A stretch of DNA of 64,000 nucleotides from Eledone cirrhosa (GCA_964016885.1 OZ024742.1:179242001-179306000), one strand, 5' to 3'. Counted from the stretch's first letter, positions 1 through 15,608 are shown. Notes: a model not told the origin generated them from the letters alone. A program made the numbers and translations.

Positions 1-118
<118 letters not shown>

Positions 119-446
119 TGTTATAAAGCTCCACTTGATGTATTTTTAATGCTGTATTTACATAATCTAGTTGTCTGTCTTGCTAGGATGGCTTAATGGT
201 TATGTAGTTGTTTCCACTGTATACTTACTGGCAATGAGTTGTATTTCCTGATGTTTCAGCTGGACACGAACATTAAGTCTCTTTGTTGTAGAAACAGGAT
301 ACAGTCTGATAACTATTCATCTGGTACACCACCCAACCATGACCCCTATCACAACTAGATTAACATGAATGAATTTACATGACTAATTTACCGTGAGTGA
401 AGGAGTGTGTCTGAGTGGTTATGGTGTTCAGCTTACGATTGTAATA

Positions 447-618
447 TTGTTTCTACTTTTGGCACAAGGCCAGCATATACCCAGTGCATTACTGGTACTT
501 TATTTTATCGACGCCGTAAGGATGAAAGGAAAAGTTAACCTCGACGGGATTTGAACTCAGATCCTAAAAGGCCGTAACTCTATGCGTCAAAGCATGGCGT
601 CCGACCCTCTACCGATCC
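447..618 (-). mobile_element. tRNA-derived SINE (family 1), nested in an older SINE
   Basis: Reverse complement of the recurrent unit TGGCAGTATCGGTAGAG (A-box-like)...GAGTTCAAATCCC (B box)...GCCTTTCATCCTTACGGGGTCGATAAAATAAAGTACCAG...GGCCTTGTGCCAAAAGTAGAAACAATT. Flanks 400-446 and 619-670 look like a split tRNA-head SINE. Confidence 0.9.
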
Positions 619-1608
619 CTAGGCTGAGTGACAAGTTGTGTTCTTGCGCAACATACTTAATTTCCCATTGCTTAAGACAACTCGACTAAAAATAAGTACC
701 TGCCACACCTAAGGGGTGGGGGTGGGGTGGGTGGGGGTGTTGGAGTATCTCTGTTATAGATTGGTGTCTTGTCCAGTGGAGTGGTGAGTTTTATATTCTC
801 AGTTCGCTTAAAATCAACATAACTGTGATTGGTTCCGTCTGATAAACCCCGGAGATCAAGACACTCTCTAACCATTAACCTTTAAATTTGTTTTTAATTT
901 ATGATGAGTAAATCGGGCCAACAAGGAAAGTCCCTCTACATGATCGCTTGACCTGCCACTATAGCAGTCAAATTTCTCTAAAATCTTCTTTTTTTAATCA
1001 CACAATGAATAGTGTAGCCCTGCACATACACAAAGATGGGTTAGTCGAAGCTTGAACACATTTTGTACTCCACCATACGGAATCGACAAGCAAATGAGAG
1101 GAGCCTCTTCTTGATCATTTGATCCGTATACCCTCAATTAATAGGGCACAGCTTCGGGGTAGCCTATGGACTTCGAGAGTCATTAAGATTGGATGTCGTA
1201 TCCATAACGTCCCACCTCTTGGTCACTTTGTCACATCGCCTAATGTGTTTGTGTGTTTTTATTTTAGTCATGGGTGTAACGGCAGTGTCCTCAACCTTTT
1301 TCAGGGACTGCTGGGACGGAAGTAGAGGGGAACAAATTATCCTCAAATCGGAGACCTTGTCTGTATACTTACAATAGAATGAACTCCACTGAAGCAAACA
1401 AAGGGCCGGGTTGTGTGGTCTGCTAAACCGTTTAACCAAATTAAGTCTACAACACAAAACTCAGAACACAAAAAGCTGTATTAAATACTGCAAAGCATTT
1501 CGTCTGAACTTTTAACAATTCCGCCAAATTACCACCAGTATAGATTGCTTTAATCAATTTATCAGAATGAAGGGCAATGGCACATGACTTGTGGGCCTCC
1601 TAGATAGG

Positions 1609-1611
<3 letters not shown>

Positions 1612-1661
<50 letters not shown>

Positions 1662-1680
1662 ATGCTTGCACCTCTGTGAC

Positions 1681-1761
<81 letters not shown>

Positions 1762-1774
1762 CGTGTGTGTGTGT

Positions 1775-1836
<62 letters not shown>
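1612..1836. repeat. (GA)n, (TA)n, (TG)n compound microsatellite
   Basis: Direct observation; it explains the RERE/VCVC ORFs. Confidence 0.97.
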
Positions 1837-1841
<5 letters not shown>

Positions 1842-2660
1842 CCCGTAAATCCTGAGAGAATCGTAAGAGCACAGTGGTGATATGCAGTGTTTCTTGGGCC
1901 TCTTTAAACCTGGTGAAGCCCATCACCTCACCTCTCCAGGTCTGAATATATCCAATTTCTTCCAAAGAAGGATAAAATGTGATTGAGAGAAAGTGAGGAG
2001 AAGGTTCAGAGGAAAAATTGACCCCAGTACTGAACTGGTACTTTGGAGGGATTTGAACTCAGAGCGCAGAGCCAGAGTGGATACTGCAAATCATTTTATC
2101 CGACGTTCTAACATCTTTGCCAATTTGCCGCCTTCTTAGGTTGAAAAACTGACCCAAATTCTGGCAAAATTATGAACTATTTTAAAAGCATCCAAGGGCC
2201 AGGTTCTTTGGGATGTTAAACTCAGTGACTGACTAAGTCTATCATCATCCAAGATTTCAAAGAAGGCAAAGGACTGGAACAAATACTGAAAGGCATCTCG
2301 TTCACTACCTTTGATTGGTGCGACTTGTATATTATTCTCTACGTATGTATGGACATGTAACTTTTAATTGAGCACCATATTCACATACGCCGTTTCTCGC
2401 GCATTTCTATACATGGCGGAGCCCATCTCCTCTCTAGGTTTGAAAATAGCAGATTTCTTCTAGAGAAGGATAGAGAATGGGGGGAAGGAAGTGAGAAAGA
2501 GCTATAGAGGGAGAATCGACTTAAACACGATTCCGGTACATTTTTTATCGATCTCGAAAGGATGAAAAGTAGAGTTAACCTCAAAGAGCGTAAAGCCGGA
2601 CGGATAACCACGTTCTATGATTCTGACAATTCGCCGCCTATGGTACATTATTTTATCAAG

Positions 2661-2850
2661 GGCGGTGGATTGGCAGTATCAGTAGAAGGTCTGACGCCAT
2701 GCTTTGCAGCTAAGAGTTACGGCCCTTTATGGTCTGAGTTCAAATCCCGCCGAGGTTAACTTTGCCTTTCATCCTTACGGGGTCGATAAAATAAAGTACC
2801 AGTAATACACTGGAATAATTGCTGGCCTTGTGACAAAAGTAGAAACAATT
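2661..2850 (+). mobile_element. SINE family 1, full length with target-site duplication
   Basis: A/B boxes, conserved core and tail; flanking direct repeat ATTATTTT(A/G)TCAAG at 2647-2660 and 2848-2861. Confidence 0.92.
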
Positions 2851-3306
2851 ATTTTGTCAAGCTCGAAAAGATGAAAGACAAAGCTGACCGCAATGGAATT
2901 TTAAGTCAAGAGCATAGACATCTGAAACGAATACTGTACAGTAAGTCATCTCAGACGACACTCTAGCAATTCCACCATTCCACCTCCATCGACTGATATC
3001 TTCTTTGTAGAGTTTCTCCTTAAACTATTTCAATGCCCAAATCTAAGGTTACAGTGACATAACCGATATGTCTATTTAGTAATTCAACCATATAGTGAAA
3101 TATAGTGAAATAGAATAAAAACTATAAAGTGAAAGAGATTATCACAGACTCACCCTAGATGGTTCATACCCACAGCTTTCTAATCCCTTCCATAACTATA
3201 ACACCCACACTAGTGTCATTACTACAGCAAAGAGACAACAACCACCATCGCCACCACTCCCACCACCACCGTTACCACCACCACTACTACTGCTGTTGCA
3301 GCTGCT

Positions 3307-3357
<51 letters not shown>

Positions 3358-3414
3358 ATACTACTACTGCTGCTGCTGCTACTGTTGCTACTGCTGCTTC
3401 TGCTACTACTACCA

Positions 3415-3450
<36 letters not shown>

Positions 3451-3455
3451 ATGAT

Positions 3456-4315
3456 AATGATATCATTTATTGACCACAAGGGCCGACGTATAGGGGACAA
3501 GACAAAAGACTGGGACAGTGGGGTTTTACAGAAAAATCGAGTAAACAATATGAATAACAATAACAAAGTAAAAAGAAAAATACAAGAAAAATTCCCCAAT
3601 AGGGGGGATGACCACCCAGGGTTCGCTCGGATACCCCACCAATCCTGAACGACCCGACGCTTCGAGAGCACCCTGGAAAGGCACCTCTCTCCTCCTCAAA
3701 TTTACCCATTCTCGCCTCATTCACCCACCTTTCAGCAAATGTACTGGGAGGCAGCACTTCTCTCTCCACCATCACTTTCCTTTCCAAGTGAAACTTGAAA
3801 AAGTTGATGAGGGATTGGCCGAAGAGAAAAGTGTCTGTCTTCAGTCCTTTCAACCTCGTCCACCATACAACCTCTTTCGCTACTGCCACCAGACAGGAAA
3901 ATTGCCTGCCCTTCCTGGCCAAAAAAAGGCGGCGGGTTGATCTTCACTATGGACTCGGCTGTTCTACACGCGGCAACAGCTGTTCGACATAACTGCACGG
4001 ACACTGGACGAATGCGTGCAGAACGGTTTCGTCGCTCTGCGCGCATCTCGAGCAGGTCCGTCTGACAGCACTTCCGTGCCTCTAGAGTTTATCTCGAACT
4101 GGCAGTGCCTTCCCCCCGCCCCAGTAGCACTGCCAACCGAGGGATTTTTTGAAATTATCCATCGTCCCCGGCTCGAAATTCATCCGGAACAGACTGGTTA
4201 GTTCGACTTCGTCGATGCCCAGAGCCTCCCCGAGTGCGTCGTCGCACTTTCCCACCAGTAATCCTCTATAGAACTCGAGAGTGGAAGTTCCACTGACCGC
4301 ATTGCCCGCCTGGTA
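3456..4315 (-). mobile_element. 5'-truncated Tx1/L1-clade LINE (3' end of ORF2 plus 3' UTR)
   Basis: Homologous to 10427-11385 (EVVWWTRLKGLKTDTFL; zf-RVT-like CxxC...H...C region); flanked by (TAC)n-AAT tracts. Confidence 0.9.
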
Positions 4316-4333
4316 CTACTACTACTAATAATA

Positions 4334-4640
4334 ATTGTTTCTACTTTTGGCACAAGGCCATCAATTACCCAGTACATTACTGGTACTTTATTTTATAGAC
4401 CCGGTAAGGATGAAAGGCAAAGTTAACCTCGGCGGGATTTGAACTCAGACCGTAAAGGGACGTAACTCGTTGCTGCAAAGCATGTCGTCCGACCCTCTAC
4501 CGATACTGCCAATCCACCGAATAATGGTTTCTCATATAGGCACAAGACCAGCAACTTTGGGGGAGGGGGAAGTCGATTTAATCGACCCACTGCATTACTG
4601 GTACTTTATTTTATCGACCCTCTTAAAGATGAAAGACAGA
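4334..4640 (-). mobile_element. Two tandem SINE family 1 copies (full plus 3' part)
   Basis: Same core and tail on the minus strand. Confidence 0.85.
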
Positions 4641-4641
4641 C

Positions 4642-4738
<97 letters not shown>

Positions 4739-5045
4739 CTCTCTACAGAGTCACAAGAAATAGTAGCCTCAAACCCCATTAAATCTCACACCTCTACCGG
4801 AAGGACACACTGGATGATATAGGCTCAGGTGTATTGTGACCAGATAAACGATGGTCACGGCTGGAGCACTCTTGACTGTGGATCTGCTTGATCCTTGTTG
4901 ACCTACGACTAAATAATAACAATGATGACAACCAATTGCTGCTACTACTACTACTACTACCACCACTACTACAGTTACTATTACTACTACTACTACTACC
5001 ACCACCAATACTACTACTACCACTACTACAACTACTAACACTACC

Positions 5046-5102
<57 letters not shown>

Positions 5103-5153
5103 GTTACCACCACCAATACTACTACTACCACTACTACAACTACTAGCACCACC

Positions 5154-5194
<41 letters not shown>

Positions 5195-5717
5195 AACTGC
5201 ACTTATACCATTACACTCTCAATCCCACCCCCATGGGAGGGCAAAACATGTTGGTGGATTTTCTTCCGCCCATGTATGTACATTAAAAGAAAATGCATTA
5301 AAATACCCACGTTTATATATATAATCTTCATGTCCTATGAGGACACTTACTTTAAATACCATAACATGATTGAGACCTGATAAATCGTTTTATAGTTGTG
5401 ACTTCCATTATATTAAATGTAAGACAAGTGTCGGTGGAGATGAAAAAAGAGGTGAGATTTTAAGGTTTGGTCTTCGTAACCTAAAATTATCCCCTATGTC
5501 CCCACCTACCACCATAGTTCCAGATTTGAAACAATCCTTCTTTCTTTTATTTAAATGAAAAAAAGATAGAATGAAAATATTTGTATCAAATGACAGCATT
5601 TGGGGTATTTTTCAAACTTCAACTTAACCATGAAAGAGAAAAAGTTTGTATTATTATGATATCATGTCTACAAGCAAACATAGACACATATAAATATATA
5701 TATATACATATACATAT

Positions 5718-6278
<561 letters not shown>

Positions 6279-7293
6279 ATACATTATTAAATGCATACAT
6301 AAATATTACTAAACTAGATATAGTAATACATATACACATACACACACGCACGCACACACGCACATATTACATATACATACAAATATATATATACTATATA
6401 AATGGCAATTTCTGTCTGTCTGTGTATATGTGTATCTGTGTATAGCCAGTTGGCGTCTACACCAGTGATCCGATCCTGATAAAATTTTACACACATGTTA
6501 AGCTAATATTCAGAAACAAAGTAGCTAATTCGATTTCAATAAAAATGAATAATGGAACCCCTGGGGATATCTTTACAATGGAGGAGGAAAGAGAAGACGT
6601 TTCAGTGAGAGAGGCGGAAGAGGAGATACTATTACTGTATGTTAAACCCTCCCTCCCACTATTCCACTTCTTCTCCCACAACTCAGTCCTCCAACACGAG
6701 GCAACAACTTATTAGAAATATACATAAAGATATCTCAAACAGCAAACGACAATCTAATTTTGGTTGACGACTGAACAGATGTCTCTGGATATATATATAT
6801 ATATATGTGTCACATCCACTGTTATGGATTCTGAACACGTGCACACGCTTAGGTCACATTAAGGTCAACTGCAGAAATTGGTGAGAAGTTACAAAAAAGT
6901 GTGATGATCAATGACCTGGAATTTGGCTTACCATGAGATTAGTCCGAAGAATAAAATCGAAATCGTATGTTGACGAATATTCTTACTCCCGGCATGTTAA
7001 TTGTAACATGCCGTCTTTGAGAGTAGAGTTTATTTTGTCGATATTTCGAAGTGTCGGATCGTGGGAAGATTAACAGGAATTAAGAAGATGTAACTTCTCC
7101 CTCATTATTGACACTTTGCAACAGTGAACGTTACAAGGCTCTCCTTAGGGCCAACACTTTTGATTGTTTATCCGACGTATTATAGTGTGTTTTCTCGGGT
7201 TATGTCTTATGTCTACTATAGGGGGGGGGGGGGGGTACGGGATGGTTTTATTGAATTGCTTCAGTCATTCGAAGGGCTTTACAAACGGTGATA

Positions 7294-7638
7294 TACAGGG
7301 TGCTTGAACAGTGCCTGAATATGTTAACTCGGTTATAATTTCTTCAATAATTGCGATGACTTCCTCAATTGTTCTGTGTTTGTTCATGAACGTTATGGCA
7401 GTAAGTTTGCTATTCTTATACACAAGTTTGTTGAATAAGTTTGATACTCTTCGAGCTCAAACTTCCTCGGCTTATTCACTCTGAATGAAGAAAGCTGGAT
7501 GGAAGAACTTATGATTTAAACAGCTATTGATAGTTCCACACAAAAGATTGATCTGCCATAAACACACCTAGCAAAGGATGGTATTGAAAATCCAATATGG
7601 ACACCCAGGGTTGCTAGCATTTTCAGGCGCACTCTGTA
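7294..7638 (-). mobile_element. Possible Tc1/mariner-type internally deleted element
   Basis: Imperfect TIRs TACAGGGTGC.../...GCACTCTGTA; minus-strand peptide FMNKHRTIEEVIAIIEEII resembles a Tc1/mariner transposase C-terminus. Confidence 0.4.
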
Positions 7639-7687
7639 AACTGCGAATAACCCCACCTTTCCTGGGTATTACCGGGTACTGCAGCTA

Positions 7688-7733
<46 letters not shown>

Positions 7734-7954
7734 GTGAGGTTTTTTTTACAAAATGAAAAAAAAAAGAGGTGTCCTACACGAGTGAAAGTATAAGGAAAAA
7801 AGATGAAATCGAAAATGCAACTGGAGTCTTTTTTTTTATAAATATATATATTTATTTGGTTCCTCAACCGATTTCGCAGGTCTTCTACTTTTCAAAATTC
7901 AAAAGTAGAATTGAGATGGAGGGTTATGGTTTTTCTCACATATATGTATGTATG

Positions 7955-8781
<827 letters not shown>

Positions 8782-8795
8782 CTATATATCTATAT

Positions 8796-8990
8796 ATATT
8801 TATTAAAATAACAGATTAAAGTTTAAGCAAAGAATCGCTGCTTTCACCCTTAACGGGATCTTCTGAAACCGTTAAGAGTGAAAGCAGCGATTCTTTGCTT
8901 AAACTTTAATCTGTTATTTTAATAAATATTTGCTCTACGGTTCTTATATATTTGATATATATTTATCCTTATCGACCCCTCTTTCGATTT
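8796..8990. mobile_element. Fold-back mini-element with hammerhead-like core; 61-bp arms
   Basis: Arms 8796-8856 and 8869-8929 (one mismatch); minus strand reads cAGAAGA-TCCC-GTTAA-GGG-T-GAAA, a CUGAAGA/stem II/GAAA remnant. Confidence 0.7.
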
Positions 8991-9028
8991 TAATCTTCAA
9001 ATTTATTATTAATATTATCTCTCTCTCT

Positions 9029-9184
<156 letters not shown>

Positions 9185-10242
9185 TAGATAGATACATCGC
9201 TCGGTAAGATCACAAACCTCATTCGCTTACCGATTTGGGTGGAACACGTTAAATCGGACAAAGAAAACAATGTTTCTATTGGTCTCTCCATGTCTATGGC
9301 TTAGTGGTTAGAGAATTGGATTCGCAATCGAGAGGTTGTCATTTCAAATCATGGATACATACATATACACACATATGTATGTATATATATATAAATATAT
9401 ATATATATACAGCGTTGATGCATTTTTATTATGCAGAAAAATATTGCACACGGATCGGCGAAACTGCAGTCGGTACTTTGAAGAAAAAATAGGTAAAATT
9501 TTGTCTATTGTTTCCTCATATTTTGTAATTTGATATATATATATATATAGTTCGCTGTGCTGAAACCAAACGAGAACACTAAACATGGAAGTACTCAATA
9601 CACGGGGAGATACAGAGTGGATATAGAGATATGTAAAATCCTGGTCGCCTGGCACCGCCTGTCGGCATTTCACATTTCTCTCTCTCTTTCTTGCTCTCTC
9701 TCTATCTATCTACCTAACTGTCTATATACACCCCTACTTACATAGCTATCTATTTGACTATCTTTATCTGTATGTAGAAGAGGATAAAAGAGGGAAGACA
9801 GGAACACCTACAAAACGTGTTCCTGGTGTTGAGGTTTGTTCTATCTACGGGTGTAAACCAACCCCGCAGAAACGATCGCCTCTATTGGGGATTTCGATTG
9901 TTTAATTTTCATTGTCATAACCTCTTTACACGATTTTTTATAAAACCCGTGCCTTCACGTCTTGTAATTTACCATTTTTTGTACGCCCTTGTGGCAAATA
10001 AAGAAACATATCTTTATATATTACTGGTCAACTATTTACCCACCCATCTGTCTATGTCTTGGCTATCTGTCTGACTATCTATCTCTCTGTTTCTCTTTAT
10101 ATCCATATTTCTGTCTGATTAGATTACAATTTTTCTGTCAGTTCATATGTCTAGCTGTCTCACACCAATCTGACCACCTATAGCGCTCAATTTTTAAAAA
10201 TGTATAAATATATCTTAGGTCTAGTACAACAATAATAATAAT

Positions 10243-10426
10243 AATTGTTTCTACTTTAGGCACAAGGCCAGCAATTACCCAGTGCATTACTGGTACTTTA
10301 TTTTATCGACCCCGTAAGGATGAAAGGCAAAGTCAACCTCGGCGGGATTTGAACTCAGATCGTAAAGGGACGTAACTATGCTGGAAAGCATGGCGTCCGA
10401 CCCTCTACTGATACTGCCAATCCACC
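10243..10426 (-). mobile_element. SINE family 1
   Basis: Full unit, directly abutting the 3' end of the Tx1 LINE. Confidence 0.92.
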
Positions 10427-13400
10427 AATGATTTCATTTATTAGCCACAAGGGCCGACATGTAGGGGGACAATACAAAGACAGCGACAATGAGGTTTTAC
10501 AATAAGGTCGAGTAAAAGTGTACAATGGCAAGACTAATTTAACAATGAAGATATAAAAAATATAAAATAAACTAAGCATAAATATAACAAAATAAATTCT
10601 CCGATAGGGGTTAGACGACCCTGTGGTGACTCAGGTACCCCACCAATCCTGAACGACCCTGCGCTTCTAGGGCACCCAGGGAGAGAACCACTCTCCTCAA
10701 GTTGGCAAGCCTCTAGGCGCATGGTCAGAGTAGGCCCATTCACACGGGCCATTCTAGCCACATTCATCCACCTTTTAGCAAATGTACTGGGAGGGGGGGG
10801 GGGCACTTCTCTTTCCACCCTCTCCTTCTTTTCCAGGTGAAACTTGAAGAAGTTGATGAGGGATTTGCCGAAGAGAAAAGTGTCTGTCTTCAGTCCTTTT
10901 AACCTGGTCCACCATATAACCTCTTTTGCAACGGCCACCAGACAGAGGAAAATGTCCTGCTCTTCCTGACCTAAGTAAGGCGGCGGGTCGATCTTCACTA
11001 TGGACTCGGCCGATAGCCGGATTCGTTCCACACGCGACAGTAGCTGTTCGACATAACTCCACAAATCAGTAATGCACGGACATTGGACAAGTGCGTGCAG
11101 AACTGTTTCGTCGTTCTGTGCGCATCTTGGGCAGGTCTGTCTGACAGCACTTCCGTGCCTGTAGAATTTATCCCGAACCGGCAGTGCCCCCCGGTAGCAC
11201 TGACAAGCGAGGGATTTCTGGAAATTGTCCATCGTCCTCGGCTCGAAAGTCCTCCGGTACAGACTGGTCAGTTCGACTTCGTCTAGGCCCAAAGCTTCTC
11301 CGAATGCGTCATCGCACTTGCCCACCACTAATCCTCTATAGAACTCGAGAGTGGAAGTTCCACTGACCGCATTGCCCGCTTGGTAGAGGGCAGTGAGTGC
11401 CTGGCAACATTCCAGGTGCCAGTCACCCAGTCTCGGTCTCTTCTTGACCCAGGACTGCAGCTCAGTCAAAGAAACGAGCTGTGGAAAGGCCCGTCTGATA
11501 ATCGGCGACCACACCTGTTCACCGTTTAGGAAGAATATCTGGAGATATCGCATCCTCAACGCATGTCTGCGCATCATTAGCCACGGCATACCCAGCCCTC
11601 CGTGTAGAGGGTGCTGGCAGCAGATGGACCGCCTCACCAACGGAACTTGTCCCCTTCACAAGAATTTGAAGAGGAGCCGTTCCAACTTGACGAAGCGCGG
11701 ACGGGGGCAAGGCACGACGGTCAGGCGGTAGTAGATGACGGACGCGATGGCGCATTCGCCACCTCCGCGCGACCTTTCAGTGATAGCTTCCCCCCAGCCC
11801 ATTTTTGGGTAAGACTGGCTACTCTGCTCGTTACCTCGTGCCAATTCTTTTCCACCTGGAGGTCTGGTCCGAACCAAACCCCGAGCAACTTTACCGGTCC
11901 GTCCGTCCAGCGCTCCACGACGCTGTTGGACGGCATGGGCTTGCCTCTCCAGGTTCCGAGCTGCAAGCCCACCGACTTTTCCGGGTTAAGTTTGGCACCT
12001 GTCAACCTTTCATATTCCTTCAATAACCATCTCGATCGACCATCTCGATCGACCATCTCAATCGACCATCTCGATTTCTGAGGTGTCCGACACCATCATG
12101 GTGATGTCGTCTGCATAAGCCGACACCGCCCTTCCAGTTCGAGCGGGATGCCCTGCAACAGCTCCAGCTTCCGCAGTAAAGGCTCGAGAGTCAATACGTA
12201 CAGAAGGGTAGAGAGAGGGCACCCTTGACGGACCGATCGGGAGAGCCGAAATGGTTCCGAGAGGTGGCCATTAACCTTGACCAACGAGCGTGTGCCGCTG
12301 TGCATTGCAGCGATCCAGCTTCTGAAGACAGGGCCGAAGCCAGCCGCTTTGAGGACAAACTCCAGATACCGATGGTTGACCCTATCGAATGCTTTCGATT
12401 GATCTAAATTGATCAGTGCCCCACCGAAGCCAGGTTTACACCCTACCCTCTCTATGATGTATCGCATGAGATTGAGATTATCGTGTATGGACCTGGATGG
12501 GATTGCGCAAGTTTGCGCCTCCCCAACCAACTCCTCGACGACAAGCGCCAATCTCTTTGCTAACACCTTGGCTAAAATCTTAAACTCTGTGTTGAGTAGA
12601 GTTATGAGCCTGAAGTTGTCAAATATATCCCTCTTGTTCTCGTCTTTCCTTATCAGCCTCACCACTCCACTGCTCACAGTACTGGGAATACTCCCATTCT
12701 GCTGCCAGTTGCAGTAAAGTGCTTCGAGGAGATCGGAGAACAAGATTGGCATATTTACGTAAAGCTCGTAGGGCAGGCCATCCAAACCGGGTGACTTGCG
12801 CCTCATGCAGCCTGAATTTCGGCTGAATTAATCGGCCTTTCGCAGCGCTCAGAGTCGACCGTCGAGATGCGCGGCAAACCGTCAAGGTAGGGACTGAAAT
12901 CTACTACTCTCTCTGACTCGCCACTCTCCCCGAACAATCGAGCAAAGTGCTGGCGAAAGGCCTCCACATCCGCTTGGAATCGCTTATCTCGTGTTGATCT
13001 CGGTCCGCCAAAGACCGAATTGTGGTTTTATTACCACGCTGCACCTCCGACACGCGGGCCCATCGAACAGCTTTGGTTCTCTCGTTTCTCAGAGCACGCG
13101 CCTTGTCTCTGACAATGCAACATTCGTGTTTCGCATTGAAGAAATGGTCTAATGCCATTCTCGCCGCTAGCACGTCAGTTGCAATGCCACTACAAATAGC
13201 TTCGTCTAACTTATATACCAGCTCCCCCTCCTTTCTATTTTTCTCTAACGCTAGTTCTTTGCTGAACTCTATCGAAGTTACTCTAATCTCTCTTTTGAGA
13301 GCTCCCCACCATCTGTTGTTGATGATCCCCCTTGTCAACTTTTGCTTAACTAAATTGTTGACTCGGTCCCTTTAAGCCTTAGGTGCCGGAAATGACATGT

Positions 13401-14860
13401 TCAGCTTCCAGTAACCCGCTCCCAACCTACGCGTTTTATCTAGGTCGACCATACAGATCACAAATTTGAGATCTGAATAGGCGACCGTTTTAAAAAGTGG
13501 GCAGCCTATTTCTATCTATTTTCCTAATGAAGATCTTGTCTATATACGATCTAGATGGCCCCATGCGGTTGGTCCATGTCCATACTGGTGCATTAGGGAA
13601 ATCTAGTCGATACCTGTCAGAGAGTTGGAACTGGCTGTTTAGGTGCTTGAGGCTTTTTCACCCCCCGCTCCTATCAGTTACTCCCACACAATCCCAGCGT
13701 GCGTCTAAGATGCCGTTCCAGTCCCCCGCTAACAGTAAAGGGCGAGACGTACCGAGAAAGGTCTCCGGGCGCCTAAAGAAGTCCGGTCGTCCGGCCCCTG
13801 TAGGGGCGTAGACGGCCAGCAGTCTAAAGGCACCACCTTCGCTACTGCTCACACCCAAGACCACCAACTTACCGTCCGGGTCCCGGAAGATCGACCTTAC
13901 CCCGAGATCCAGTCCTTTCCTAAACAGCACTGCCACCCCACCTTCCATTCCCGGCCTGCTAACAGATGCGAAGTTCTGATAGTCGTCGAAAATAGGGGCT
14001 AGTGCGCGCGTGTCGGAAATTCTGGTCTCGCTGACGGCAATCACATCCATTTACAGCGACCTGAGGTCGTTGAGCAGGCGATCCTGCTTCCAGGGTGACC
14101 CCAGGCCGCGAACATTTAAACTTCCTACTCTTAATATGGCCATGTTGGCAAGCTAAAAGAGAGAAGGAAGGTTTACTTACCTCCCGGGGTCTTGTGAAGG
14201 TCGGGTGGTTCGACCTCCATGGTTGGTGGGGTTTCTTTTGGGAACCCCTTTAAAAGTCTCGATGTGGGTTTCACATTCAGGGTTCCCACGTCTTGAGGAA
14301 AGCTCTCCCGAATTTCTTTGAAGGAATCGAGTGACATTCGGACCAGAAGAAAATATTCTGGCACGCAAAATGTGCTAATTTCAAAGATCTCCCCCTCTGT
14401 TTGAATGTCCTCGCTTCGTGCTAAGAGGGCCATCAGTTTATCATTGGCCCTTCTGACAAGCACGAAGTTTTTAACATTTTGTTGGTGTGGTTTTATTTGT
14501 TTTCGTTTTGGTGACTGTGGTGGCGATGGTTTTGGTGGTGTTGTTTCGGGTATGTCTGTGTTTGTTGTAGGTGTGGTGTCTGCAATTTCAGGTATTTGTG
14601 TGTTTAATTGTACTTGTATTTTGTTTTGGTTGTTGACCTTTCGGGGATTGTGGGGGTGGTGTAGATGTTGCTGTTGGTGCTGATGTTATTGGGGAAGTCT
14701 TTGCGTTAGTGGTGTCTGTATTTTTTGTTGTGTATGTTTTTTGCGTTTCGTTCGGGCTTTTTGGGGGGTGAGTTTTCTCTGTTTGTTTTTTTTTTGCACT
14801 TTTGGGTTTTCCTTCATCTTCGCTGCTGGAAGACAAAGGGTCTGTGTGGCTGTGAGTGTC
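10427..14860 (-). mobile_element. Near full-length Tx1/L1-clade LINE (ORF1 C-terminal part plus frameshifted ORF2)
   Basis: AP endonuclease (GSLNVRGL, VIAVSETR, LLAGDWN), RT (KSPGLDG, NLDQSKAFDRV, RQGCPLS, YADD at about 12108-12119), GGLG and CPRC...H...C zinc knuckle; AATAAA near the 3' end. Confidence 0.95.
10650..14143 (-). pseudogene. LINE ORF2 (APE-RT-zf), disrupted
   Basis: Starts MAILRVGSLNVRGLG at 14143; split across ORFs 13658-14050, 12904-13338, 12096-12806, 11721-12056 and 10534-11640; 13-bp tandem duplication at about 12027-12075. Confidence 0.9.
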
Positions 14861-14971
14861 TCTGTGTCTGTGTGTGCGTTTATTGTTTTGTAATAATACC
14901 AACAACAACAACAACAACAAATCACGAACCCCAAAAACTTTCCAAAGATCGATAGATAGGTAGAGACATAG

Positions 14972-15001
<30 letters not shown>

Positions 15002-15002
<1 letters not shown>

Positions 15003-15184
15003 ACGAAGGAAATGTAGTAAGGAACCAGATGGACCATAACGCACCAGAGTACTCAATACTTAGGGTAGTAGAGTGGGTAATAGGAAAAAGTATGACCCCG
15101 ACGACAGAGTTCAAGCCGTTTCGACGGCGTCCAGAAATAACCGTCGAAACGGCTTGAACTTCTGCCGTCGGGGTCATACTTTTT

Positions 15185-15188
<4 letters not shown>
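15002..15188 (-). mobile_element. Fold-back mini-element family C (3' half of hammerhead)
   Basis: Arms 15081-15127 and 15141-15188 contain GAAA-CGGC-loop-GCCG-TC-GGGGT; homologous to copies at 41607, 56783 and 57690; flanked by (TA)n. Confidence 0.85.
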
Positions 15189-15224
<36 letters not shown>

Positions 15225-15228
<4 letters not shown>

Positions 15229-15527
15229 ATATAGAAATGGTTTCTACAGAACTGGAACTGTTTCATTCAGGAGAAATCATCAGAAAGCCCTAGATGGTTA
15301 AGAGGGGCACAGTAAGTGCTAAAAGATAAGTTTATCCCGGGTTCAATCGGCGGTAACCACTGTAAGTAAGGTACTCAATACATTGCAGAGTATAAATATT
15401 GTGATGATTTCTCCCGAATGAAACAGTTTTAGTCCCGTTGAAGCCATTTCTATATTAAATATTTATACTTTGCTATGTATTGAGTACCTTATTCACTGAG
15501 GTTACCCCCGATTGAACCCGGGATAAA

Positions 15528-15530
<3 letters not shown>
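15225..15530. mobile_element. Fold-back mini-element family D with hammerhead
   Basis: Minus strand about 15238-15289: GGCTTT-CTGATGA-TTTCTCCTGAAT-GAAA-CAG..CTG-TA-GAAACC; second copy on + from 15401; tail present in both orientations; homologous to 57466-57660. Confidence 0.8.

Positions 15531-15608
<78 letters not shown>

Noticed and set aside
1591-1965. ORFs of YIYI/VCVC/THTH/poly-V/T/S type here and throughout the window
   Set aside because: They are translations of di- and trinucleotide microsatellites with no coding signature.
2661-2850. Functional tRNA genes
   Set aside because: Only A/B-box heads fused to SINE bodies; no complete cloverleaf seen.
9405-9480. Hammerhead candidate GAAACTGCAGTC (similar half-motif near 7860-7880)
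   Set aside because: Only the 3' half is convincing; the CUGAUGA core and stem I are not recoverable.
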